A DNA stretch of 64,000 nt from a candidate division FCPU426 bacterium (GTDB taxonomy: Bacteria; Oederibacteriota; Muellerivitia; Muellerivitales; Muellerivitaceae): NCBI GenBank assembly GCA_963738405.1, contig CAVTWJ010000009.1, forward strand, positions 1 to 64,000, read 5' to 3'. The position numbers and the translations under genes are program-made. Below are positions 38,645-46,872 of the stretch, piece by piece. The number at the start of each line of letters is the position of its first letter. Position 1 is the stretch's first letter. The notes below the pieces were generated by a model. It saw only the letters and a program-made list of their open reading frames with translations, had not been told where the DNA came from and ran no database searches.

Positions 38645-40152
38645 ATCCTAACGGGCCGATCCTACTCCTTCTTCTGCCCTGGGTGGGCGCCTTGCTGACC
38701 CTGGGGGCGGCTTTTCTTTCCCGCCGATTATGTTCCCTGATTTATCTCGCGGCCTTGGGGCTGGACGGCTGGATTCTTTTTCAAACCTTTACTCCGGTTC
38801 TTACGAACGGATTTTTGAATTACCAGTTAGGAGGATGGGCCCCGCCCTGGGGGATTGAGCTGGTGGAAACCCCCTTCAACGCCTTGCTTTGCGGTTTTGT
38901 CCTGCTGGTAGCTTTCTCAGCCTGGTTTTACGCCCGAAGGCTCCGCCTGCCGGGGCCCACGGGGGCAAGACGCGAACGATGGCTCCTTTCCCTCTTTTTG
39001 TTTCTTACCGGGACCGCCTTGGGGCTTTTGCTTTTACGGGACGCCTTTTCCCTTTACCTGCTGTTGGAAGCCCTGGTGATTTTTGGAGCGGGGACGATCC
39101 TCCTCCTCAACCCTAAGGGCGCGCTGGACGCCTACCGGCTTTTGCTTTGGGGCAGCGCCGCCGCCACGCTTTATCTTTTGGGAGTGGTTTTTCTCGCAGC
39201 CTCGGCGGGAACCGTCCAACTGGATGACATTCTTGCCCAGCTCTTTACCTCCAAGACCCCGGGCGTGGCCCTGGCCGCAGGGTTTTTAACGGTCTTTGCC
39301 TGGGCCTTCCCGGCCCTATTCCCCGCGCCGGCCCTCTATAGCCGCCTCTTAAACCACACCCCCTCTTTCGTCACCGGCTTTCTGGTTTCCTTGGGGGCTA
39401 GGGCTACGGGCTACCTTTTATTCGTGTTGTGTTTCTTCACCCTGAATGTGCCGGGGCTTCTTTTACCCCTCGGGGCCGAGGCGCTTCTTTACGGCCTCGT
39501 TCTCTTTTTCTTTTCCGGATTTGTCTTGGCCCCGCGCCAGAAAGATTTTCAACAGGCCATGGCCTACTTGGCCGTGGCGCAGGGCGGATACCTTTTGGCG
39601 GGTTTTATTTTGGGCAACAAGAGCGGCCTGGCGGGAAGCCTGCTGGAATTGTTAAGCCAAACCCTGGCCGTGGCCGGGTTGTTCTTCGTGTCGGAGAGCC
39701 TGCGCCAGGGCGCGGGGCCCCACCCCCTTTCCCGGATGATCGGCCTGGCCCGGCACCGCTTCTGGACCTGGACGGCGCTGATGGTTTTTCTGGCCTCGGC
39801 GGTGGGCGTCCCGCCCACGGGCGGGTTCTTCGCGAAGTTCTATTTATTCCAAGGCGCCCTGGAAAAACACGACTGGGTCCTGCTGGCGATTCTTTCCGCG
39901 GCGGCCATCTTTAATCTTTATTACCTGGGCAAATTTACCTTTTACCTTTGCGAGCACCGGCCTTCGGTGCCCGACCTGCCGCCCCCCTCTTTTTCATCCC
40001 TGTTCCCCATCATGGTTTTGGCGGCGGGGGTTTTGTTGCTGGGGGTTCTGCACCAGGAAGTGCTTCAAACTTTTGTGGAGCCGGCCCTGCCCAGGGCCTT
40101 CCAAAACCTGCCGGTGCCCAATGTGCCCTTCCTGGGCAAGGCTGTTGAATAA
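38641..40152 (+). CDS. MrpD/MnhD-like proton-conducting membrane subunit (divergent)
   Basis: YQLGGWAPPWGIEL, DAFSLYLLLE, MAYLAVAQGGY, GVPPTGGFFAKF. Confidence 0.85.
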   Translation: MNPNGPILLLLLPWVGALLTLGAAFLSRRLCSLIYLAALGLDGWILFQTFTPVLTNGFLNYQLGGWAPPWGIELVETPFNALLCGFVLLVAFSAWFYARRLRLPGPTGARRERWLLSLFLFLTGTALGLLLLRDAFSLYLLLEALVIFGAGTILLLNPKGALDAYRLLLWGSAAATLYLLGVVFLAASAGTVQLDDILAQLFTSKTPGVALAAGFLTVFAWAFPALFPAPALYSRLLNHTPSFVTGFLVSLGARATGYLLFVLCFFTLNVPGLLLPLGAEALLYGLVLFFFSGFVLAPRQKDFQQAMAYLAVAQGGYLLAGFILGNKSGLAGSLLELLSQTLAVAGLFFVSESLRQGAGPHPLSRMIGLARHRFWTWTALMVFLASAVGVPPTGGFFAKFYLFQGALEKHDWVLLAILSAAAIFNLYYLGKFTFYLCEHRPSVPDLPPPSFSSLFPIMVLAAGVLLLGVLHQEVLQTFVEPALPRAFQNLPVPNVPFLGKAVE

Positions 40153-40201
40153 TCCTCCAACCGCGCCTCAAATCTCCCCTAAAAGCTCAATAACCGCTCC
40201 C

Positions 40202-40233
40202 TTGACTCTAGACTATACTCTAGAGTCTATACT
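40202..40233 (+). promoter_or_regulatory. MerR-type promoter/operator with an over-long 20-bp spacer
   Basis: TTGACT (40202-07), 20 bp, TATACT (40228-33), with perfect dyad GACTCTAGA-N6-TCTAGAGTC. Confidence 0.9.
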
Positions 40234-40251
40234 TTCTTCAGGGAGAGCCCC

Positions 40252-40641
40252 ATGGAACAAATCCAAGTCAGCCTGCAGATCGGCGAGGTCGCCAAGGCCA
40301 GCGGACTTTCTATCCATACCATCCGCTATTACGAAAAGGAGGGGCTGCTCAAAGAGCCTTTTCGAAGCGGGGGCGGTTTCCGGCTTTACCCTGGTGAAAC
40401 CGTAGATCAACTGCTTTTCATCCAGAAGGCCCAGGGTTTCGGGCTGACCCTGAATGAGATCAAGCAAATCATGTGCTGCGGGGACCAGGGGCTGGGCCCC
40501 TGCTGCGATCTGACGGTGGACCTGTTCGCGAAAAAAATTGACGAGTTCGAGGCCAAGATCAAGGAACTGCAGGGCATGAAGAAGAAATTGAAGACCGTGT
40601 TGGGAAGCTGGGTGGGAAAGAAAAAAAGTAAGGGAGGCTGA
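40252..40641 (+). CDS. MerR-family metal(loid)-responsive transcriptional regulator
   Basis: IGEVAKASGLSIHTIRYYEKEGLL, GFRLY, FIQKAQGFGLTLNEIK; CCGDQGLGPCC. Confidence 0.95.
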   Translation: MEQIQVSLQIGEVAKASGLSIHTIRYYEKEGLLKEPFRSGGGFRLYPGETVDQLLFIQKAQGFGLTLNEIKQIMCCGDQGLGPCCDLTVDLFAKKIDEFEAKIKELQGMKKKLKTVLGSWVGKKKSKGG

Positions 40642-40642
40642 T

Positions 40643-41083
40643 ATGGCGCAAAAGGTCTTGATTCTCTGCACAAAAAACTCCTGCCGGTCCCAAATGGCGG
40701 AAGGGGTTTTAAAACATTACGGCGGCGATAAGTTCATCGTCGAGAGCGCGGGCTTGGAGCCCACCCACGTCAACAAGAACGCCATCAAGGTGATGGCGGA
40801 AATCGGCATCGACATTTCGGGGCAACATTCAAAAGACGTAGTCGATTTTCTCGGGGATTACTTCGGCTACATCATCACCGTCTGCTCCGACGCGGATCAA
40901 AGATGCCCTATCTTCCCTGGGGTATCCAGGAGGCTCTATTGGCCCTTTAACGACCCGCCCCAGACGGAAGTGGAAACGCCGGAGATTCTGGATGAGTTCC
41001 GGAAGGTGAGGGACGAGATCGTCGTAAAGTTCAAGGAAGTCGCTGAGAAGGGCTTCCCGCTTATCGCCGAGTCGAAGGGTTAA
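40643..41083 (+). CDS. arsC: Arsenate reductase (thioredoxin-coupled, LMWP fold)
   Basis: LCTKNSCRSQMAEG, ITVCSDADQRCPIFPG, WPFNDP. Confidence 0.93.
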   Translation: MAQKVLILCTKNSCRSQMAEGVLKHYGGDKFIVESAGLEPTHVNKNAIKVMAEIGIDISGQHSKDVVDFLGDYFGYIITVCSDADQRCPIFPGVSRRLYWPFNDPPQTEVETPEILDEFRKVRDEIVVKFKEVAEKGFPLIAESKG

Positions 41084-41104
41084 AAATTCGAGGAGGAGTC
41101 TGGA

Positions 41105-41953
41105 ATGGAAAATCATCCCGCCGAGTCTGAAAAGATCAAATCCGCCGTGAGGGAAAGATACGGCAAGATCGCCGAATCAGCCCAGCCGACCTCCTGCTGC
41201 GGGATGGAAGAATCCCAAACGCCTTCTTCCTGCTGCGGGGGAGGGGAAGAGAAGGGCGGGTTCTCCTACAGCTTCATCGGGGAAGATTACCAGAAGCTTC
41301 CGGGCTACCAGCCCGAGGCGGACCTGGGGCTGGGCTGCGGCCTTCCCACCGAATTGGCGGTTATCCAGGAGGGGGACCATGTCCTTGACCTGGGGAGCGG
41401 GGCCGGCAACGACGCCTTCGTGGCCCGCCGGATCGTGGGGGAAAAGGGCCGGGTGACCGGCGTGGATATGACGCCCCAAATGATCGAAAAGGCGAAAGCC
41501 AACAGCCAAAAGCTGGGTTATGCCAATGTGGATTTTCTTCTAGGTGAAATCGAAAAACTTCCCTTAGCTGACGGCACGGTGGATGTGGTGATCAGCAATT
41601 GCGTCCTGAACCTGGTGCCTGACAAGGCGCAAGCCTTTAAGGAAATCTTCCGGGTGCTCAAACCCGGGGGCCATTTCAATGTTTCGGATATCGTGCTGGA
41701 CCGGGAATTGCCCGAAAAACTCCGCAGGGAAGCCGAACTTTACGTGGGTTGCGTTTCGGGAGCCAGCCGGCGGAGTGAATATTTGGAATTGATTCAAAGC
41801 GCGGGTTTTAAAGATGTCCGGGTTCAAAAAGACCGCCGGGTGGATGTTCCGCAGGAAATCCTGAAGAAGTACCTGAGCCAAGCTGAATTGCGGGAAATGG
41901 AAGCGTGGGGCTTAGGCATCGCCAGCATCACGGTTTGGGGCGTGAAGCCTTGA
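41105..41953 (+). CDS. arsM: Arsenite S-adenosylmethionine methyltransferase
   Basis: SCCG, LGLGCGLP, VLDLGSGAG.D, VVISNCVLNL, YVGCVSGA. Confidence 0.95.
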   Translation: MENHPAESEKIKSAVRERYGKIAESAQPTSCCGMEESQTPSSCCGGGEEKGGFSYSFIGEDYQKLPGYQPEADLGLGCGLPTELAVIQEGDHVLDLGSGAGNDAFVARRIVGEKGRVTGVDMTPQMIEKAKANSQKLGYANVDFLLGEIEKLPLADGTVDVVISNCVLNLVPDKAQAFKEIFRVLKPGGHFNVSDIVLDRELPEKLRREAELYVGCVSGASRRSEYLELIQSAGFKDVRVQKDRRVDVPQEILKKYLSQAELREMEAWGLGIASITVWGVKP

Positions 41954-43047
41954 AACCGGCGGCCCCAATAGCCGGCAAGGGGAAGAACGCCACGGGCCTA
42001 GCCGCCAAGATGAACATTTTCGAGCGGTACCTATCCCTATGGGTCGCTCTTTGCATGGGTTTAGGCATCCTCATCGGAAAATTTTTTCCCCAGGTCGTTA
42101 CCTCCCTTCAAGGCATGGAATTCGGCACTGGAAGCCATATCAACATTCCCATCGCCATTCTCATCTGGCTGATGATCTACCCCATGATGTTGAAGATTGA
42201 TTTTGCGTCCCTCAAAGGCGTGGGGAAGAAGCCGAAGGGTTTGCTGGTGACCCTTTTCGTCAATTGGCTGGTCAAACCCTTTTCCATGGCCCTCTTCGGA
42301 TGGTTGTTCCTCAAAGTTCTCTTCGTCCCCTGGCTGGGGCCCGAGATGGCCAACCAATATCTGGCGGGGGTCATTATCCTGGCCGCCGCTCCCTGCACGG
42401 CCATGGTTTTTGTCTGGTCCTATTTGGCGGGCGGGGACGCGGCCTATACCCTGGTTCAGGTTTCCGTGAACGACCTCATCATGTTGGTGGCTTTCGCCCC
42501 GATCGTGCGGTTCCTTGTGTCGGGCGCCTCGGGGTTGGAAGTGCCTTTCCAGGTTCTTTTATATTCGGTGGTCATCTTTGTGGTGATCCCCTTAAGTCTA
42601 GGGGCTTTGAGCCGTTGGACCCTTATTCGGGCCAAGGGCGCCAGATGGTTTAATGAAAAATTCATGACCTTCTTTCATCCCCTCACCATCCTGGCCCTGT
42701 TGGCCACACTGGTTTTAATTTTCGCCTTTCAGGCCGGGAACATCACGAACCGCTGGGTCGATGTGTTCCTCATCGCCATCCCGATCCTGATCCAGGTCTA
42801 TTTCAACGCGGGTTTGGCCTACGGTTTGATGAAACTTTTTAAAGTGCCCTATCCGGTGGCGGCGCCGGGCGCGTTGATTGGCGCCTCGAATTTCTTTGAG
42901 TTGGCGGTGGCGACCGCCATCGCGCTTTACGGGCCCGGAAGCGGGGCCGCTTTGGCGACGGTGGTGGGGGTCCTAGTGGAGGTTCCGGTCATGCTATCGG
43001 TTTGTTCCATTTGCGTTTCGAGTAAAAAATGGTTTGAAAAGGGCTGA
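41950..43047 (+). CDS. acr3: Acr3 arsenite efflux pump (alternative start 42010)
   Basis: FERYLSLWV, NWLVKPFSM, APCTAMVFVWS, GASNFFELAVA, VGVLVEVPVML. Confidence 0.97.
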   Translation: MKPAAPIAGKGKNATGLAAKMNIFERYLSLWVALCMGLGILIGKFFPQVVTSLQGMEFGTGSHINIPIAILIWLMIYPMMLKIDFASLKGVGKKPKGLLVTLFVNWLVKPFSMALFGWLFLKVLFVPWLGPEMANQYLAGVIILAAAPCTAMVFVWSYLAGGDAAYTLVQVSVNDLIMLVAFAPIVRFLVSGASGLEVPFQVLLYSVVIFVVIPLSLGALSRWTLIRAKGARWFNEKFMTFFHPLTILALLATLVLIFAFQAGNITNRWVDVFLIAIPILIQVYFNAGLAYGLMKLFKVPYPVAAPGALIGASNFFELAVATAIALYGPGSGAALATVVGVLVEVPVMLSVCSICVSSKKWFEKG

Positions 43048-43094
43048 CCCCGAAAGTGTTTTTTGTTCCAAGACCCTGCGGGTCTTTGGTTTTG

Positions 43095-43176
43095 ACTTTC
43101 TCTTTCCGCCGGTCAGGTTTGCGGGGCCCACTGGAACGGGCAGCTCCACCCGTAAGTCCTGGCCGGGGAAGGAGTT
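43095..43176 (+). ncRNA. Candidate structured RNA (long stem, inner hairpin, possible pseudoknot) between acr3 and the second arsC
   Basis: CCGGTCAGGTTTGCGGG pairs with CCCGTAAGTCCTGGCCGG using several G-U pairs; inner GCCC-ACTGGAAC-GGGC. Confidence 0.4.
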
Positions 43177-43234
43177 TTCAACCGCTTGATTTACGATGGC
43201 GCTCGTCTCAAATTAAATCATGAAGGAATAACCC

Positions 43235-43636
43235 ATGAAAAAAATCCTTTTTCTCTGCGTGGCCAATTCGGCCCGGAGCCAAATGGCCGAAGGGTTAGCC
43301 AAGGCTTACTTTGGGGATCAGGCCCTCGTTCAAAGCGCCGGATCCAAACCCTCGAAGGTGAATCCCTACGCCGTCATGGCGATGGCTGAAATCAACATCG
43401 ACATTTCCAAAAACCGGTCCAAGTCGGTGGAAGAGATCGACCCTTCCACCGTGGACACGGTCATCACCCTTTGCGCCGAGGAGGAATGCCCGGTCTTTTT
43501 AGGAAAGGCCGAAAGGTTCCATTGGGGCCTTCCAGACCCGGGCGTGGGAAAAAACACCGATGAAGAAAAGCTTCAAAGCTTCCGGGAAGTCCGCGATGAA
43601 ATAAAAAAAAGAATTGAAGCGCGATTTCCCAAATAA
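43235..43636 (+). CDS. arsC: Second arsenate reductase (LMWP fold)
   Basis: [33 protein letters not shown]. Confidence 0.92.
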   Translation: MKKILFLCVANSARSQMAEGLAKAYFGDQALVQSAGSKPSKVNPYAVMAMAEINIDISKNRSKSVEEIDPSTVDTVITLCAEEECPVFLGKAERFHWGLPDPGVGKNTDEEKLQSFREVRDEIKKRIEARFPK

Positions 43637-43643
43637 AAAGGGA

Positions 43644-43886
43644 TTACAGAGTCTTGTGGGTGCCGTCGCAGTAGGGCTTGTTCTTGGAATGCTTGCACTG
43701 GCACAAGAAGGCGGTCTTGGTTTCCTCGGCCTTGAATACGATAGGCGCAAAACCCTCGTGTTCCTTATGGCTTCCGTCGCAAAAGGGCTGGCTCTTGGAA
43801 TAACCGCAGGCGCACCAGGCGTAGGTTTTTCCGGATTCCAACTCGACCTTGGCGGGGAATTTGGCGGCGATATTCGGCTCGGACAT
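43644..43886 (-). CDS. Two-domain CDGSH iron-sulfur protein (MiNT-like)
   Basis: WCACGYSKSQPFCDGSH and LCQCKHSKNKPYCDGTH. Confidence 0.95.
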   Translation of the reverse strand: MSEPNIAAKFPAKVELESGKTYAWCACGYSKSQPFCDGSHKEHEGFAPIVFKAEETKTAFLCQCKHSKNKPYCDGTHKTL

Positions 43887-44123
43887 AGGGGCTCTCCTAA
43901 AATTTTTTCGACAAACTCAACAGTCCCTTCATGCTAGGGAGCCTGCCTGTTAAATACAACCTCCCGGCTTTTATTGCGGTTACGAAAGGGTAACAATCTT
44001 TCATCTTTCTTTTGAAACCTGAAAAAACCTATTGGTGTGGGTAAAACCCATTGTTAGAGTTAAAGTAGTGTTTAGCCCTGCGTTCATACATTCCCAGGGC
44101 GGCAACAACGCCAAGGATCACTT

Positions 44124-46040
44124 ATGACCGACGCCACAAACCGGGAACTGGAATGGCTGGAAACGGACGGCCTAGGGGGCTTTGCTTCCGGGACGGCCCT
44201 GGGGCTCCGCACCCGCAGGTACCATTCCCTCCTTCTAACCGCTACCACACCCCCGACAGGGCGCATGGCCCTGATCAAGGGCGTGGATGCCTGGGTGGAA
44301 ACGGGCGACGATTTTAATTTCTTGAATCCCCAGGCCTATTATCCCGATGTGTTGGTTCCCGAAAAAACCGATGCCCTGGTTTCCTTTGAGGCCAAGCCCT
44401 GGCCCCGCTGGGTTTACAAGCTCAGCAACGGGCTTTTGTTGGAATACGAATTTTTCGTGCCCCATGGAAAACCCATGGCCGTGCTTTCTTTCAAATTGCT
44501 TTCCGAATCGGGCTCGGTTCGGCTTTCCTTAAGGCCCCTTTTGGCGGGCTGCGATTACCATTCCCTTCACCACGAAAACCCCGATTTCCGGTTTGAGGCC
44601 GATGTGTTCGATAAGTTGGTCCAGTGGAGGCCCTATCCGGGATTGCCGGTGATCTCCGCATTGCACAACGGCCATTACCATCACAAACCCGACTGGTACC
44701 GCCAATTCCTTTATGAAAAGGAAAGGGAAAGGGGCCTGGACCATCTGGAAGACCTGGCCTCCCCGGGGCTCTTTCAATGGACCATCACCAAGACCCGCGC
44801 GGTCATCCTTTTTTCAGCCAACGGCATCCGCCCCGCCGGGGAACAGGACCTGCCCCAGGTTGAGGAGATGTACGACTCGCTCCGGAGTGCCGAGGAAGAA
44901 AGGCGAAAATGCTTCGCCTCCCCGCTTCAAAAAAGCTCCGAATCCTATTTCGTGAAAAGAGGAAAGGGAAAATCCATCGTGGCGGGCTATCCCTGGTTTA
45001 CCGATTGGGGAAGGGACACCTTTATCGCGCTGAGGGGTCTGGGCATTGCCCAAGGTCGGATGGAGGAAAGCCGGGATATATTGCTCGAATGGTCCCGCAC
45101 TCTCGACCCCCAAGGCATGCTGCCCAACCGTTTCCCCGACAAGGGGGAAGACCCCGATTACAATTCCGCCGATTCGGCCCTTTGGTTCATCCAGGCGGTG
45201 AGGGAATATTTCCTCGCGGGGGGGAAGGGCGGGGAAAAGGAACTGGCCGAGGCGGTGTGGAAGATTTTGGAAGGTTATAAGGCTGGGATCCGTGTGGGAA
45301 TCGGGGTGGATCATGACGGCCTCCTGTGGGTCGGGGAAGGCGACAGCTCCCTGACTTGGATGGACGCGAGGGTCAACGGCGGCGCGGTCACGCCCCGGGT
45401 GGGGAAACCCGTCGAAGTGGAGGCCCTTTGGCTCAACGCGATCTTCTTCGCCCTCACGCTGACGAAGACTCCCCATCCCGAATGGAAAGAGCTTTTCGAC
45501 CGGGGGATGAAATCTTTCCAGGAAAAATTCTGGTATGAGCGGGGCGGCTACCTTTATGACGTGGTGGACCGGGACCGGTTTCCCAATTCGGTCGACACTC
45601 GCTTTCGACCCAATCAAATATTCGCGGCCGGCGGCCTTCCCTTGACGCTGGTGCCGCCGGATCAGGCCCGCCGGGTCGTGGAGCAAGTTGAAAAGAGGCT
45701 TTGGACTCCCGGCGGTTTGAGAACCTTGGCGCCCGGGGAACCGGGCTACCAGCCCCATTACCGGGGAAGCGTCATCGAGAGGGACAGCGCCTACCACCAA
45801 GGCCCGGCTTGGCCCTGGCTTCTGGGACCCTTCGTGGAGGCTTGGTTGAAAGTTGAGGGGGCGGATAAAACCGAAGCGAAGAAAAAATTCCTGGATCCCT
45901 TGATGGAGCGCCTGAAGGAAACGGAAACGAACCACCTGCCTGAACTTTTTGACGGGGAAGAACCGTTCCAAGCCGGAGGTTGTCCCTTCCAGGCATGGTC
46001 CCTGGGAGAACTATTACGGTTGGAAAAAATCCTTTCCTAA
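44124..46040 (+). CDS. Glycogen debranching enzyme (amylo-alpha-1,6-glucosidase)
   Basis: EWLETDGLGGFASGT, AGYPWFTDWGRDTFI, TWMDA, RPNQIFA, YHQGPAWPWL, GCPFQAWS. Confidence 0.95.
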   Translation: MTDATNRELEWLETDGLGGFASGTALGLRTRRYHSLLLTATTPPTGRMALIKGVDAWVETGDDFNFLNPQAYYPDVLVPEKTDALVSFEAKPWPRWVYKLSNGLLLEYEFFVPHGKPMAVLSFKLLSESGSVRLSLRPLLAGCDYHSLHHENPDFRFEADVFDKLVQWRPYPGLPVISALHNGHYHHKPDWYRQFLYEKERERGLDHLEDLASPGLFQWTITKTRAVILFSANGIRPAGEQDLPQVEEMYDSLRSAEEERRKCFASPLQKSSESYFVKRGKGKSIVAGYPWFTDWGRDTFIALRGLGIAQGRMEESRDILLEWSRTLDPQGMLPNRFPDKGEDPDYNSADSALWFIQAVREYFLAGGKGGEKELAEAVWKILEGYKAGIRVGIGVDHDGLLWVGEGDSSLTWMDARVNGGAVTPRVGKPVEVEALWLNAIFFALTLTKTPHPEWKELFDRGMKSFQEKFWYERGGYLYDVVDRDRFPNSVDTRFRPNQIFAAGGLPLTLVPPDQARRVVEQVEKRLWTPGGLRTLAPGEPGYQPHYRGSVIERDSAYHQGPAWPWLLGPFVEAWLKVEGADKTEAKKKFLDPLMERLKETETNHLPELFDGEEPFQAGGCPFQAWSLGELLRLEKILS

Positions 46041-46080
46041 AGACTCTTGTTCCCTTTTATATTTCCTATAATACGCCCTC

Positions 46081-46740
46081 ATGAAAAACCTCCTAACCCT
46101 CCTCCTCTTTTCCGGAGCTCTTCTTTCCTTTTTTTCCACCCCGGCTTGGTCGGATGACGCCGACCCGAGGCTTCGGGTGCTTGATTGCGTGGGGAATGTG
46201 ACCGTATTACGAGACCAAACGGAAGAAACCACCCGATTGCGCGCAGATCTGCACGTGGATGACGGTGACAGGATCGTCACCGGCCCCAAGTCCGAGGCGG
46301 TTTTGAGGCTGAAGAACCGGGTTTACCTCCACCTGGCTGAAAACACCCGCCTTTCCATCAGCCGCCTCCGCTATTTCGAGGGACGGGGACTGACCTTTCG
46401 AGTGACACTCCTGTCGGGAAAATTAGTGGCCCAGATGGACCAAAAACCCGACTACCCCTTTGAAATTTACGCCGGAGATGTCGTCTGCCAGGCCCACGGC
46501 ACCTTGGTGGAGGTGGTGAAGCAGGGCGACCAGGTGAAGGTCTATTCCCACCAGGGGGCCTTCGTGACCAGCAGTAAGGGAAGGACCGAAATCGCCAAAA
46601 AGGGCCAGGTGGTGGTTTATACGGGTGGAATATTTAAGGATAAGTACTCTATTTCCACCGAGGACGAAGCGGATTTAACCGAGTGGCGGGAGCATTTGCA
46701 CGACATTCGCACCGGCCATTCCCACGGCGGGCCCCATTAA
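46081..46740 (+). CDS. Secreted FecR-domain protein
   Basis: Signal peptide; GDRIVTGPKSEAVL, LAENTRL, AHGT. Confidence 0.75.
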   Translation: MKNLLTLLLFSGALLSFFSTPAWSDDADPRLRVLDCVGNVTVLRDQTEETTRLRADLHVDDGDRIVTGPKSEAVLRLKNRVYLHLAENTRLSISRLRYFEGRGLTFRVTLLSGKLVAQMDQKPDYPFEIYAGDVVCQAHGTLVEVVKQGDQVKVYSHQGAFVTSSKGRTEIAKKGQVVVYTGGIFKDKYSISTEDEADLTEWREHLHDIRTGHSHGGPH

Positions 46741-46872
46741 TTTACCCCGACGTTGAGGGGCATTGATGCTTGACTCCCCACGCGAAACCCCCGACAATTA
46801 CGCCTCCCCAGGGGGCCTTCCGGACCATACCCGGCAAGGATTTCCCACCAAGAAAGGCATAGAGACCCACAG

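Noticed and set aside
43108..43150. SRP RNA (GGTCAGG..GCAGC)
   Set aside because: The conserved CAGG-x-GGAA-x-AGCAG helix-8 spacing is not present
43190..43235. Fluoride riboswitch (ACGATGGCGCTCGT)
   Set aside because: The downstream GCTGATGAC-type pseudoknot partner is missing
44814..45971. Long antisense ORFs (also 4605-5957, 14099-14806, 20917-21639)
   Set aside because: They are shadows of well-supported genes in GC-rich DNA and carry no motifs
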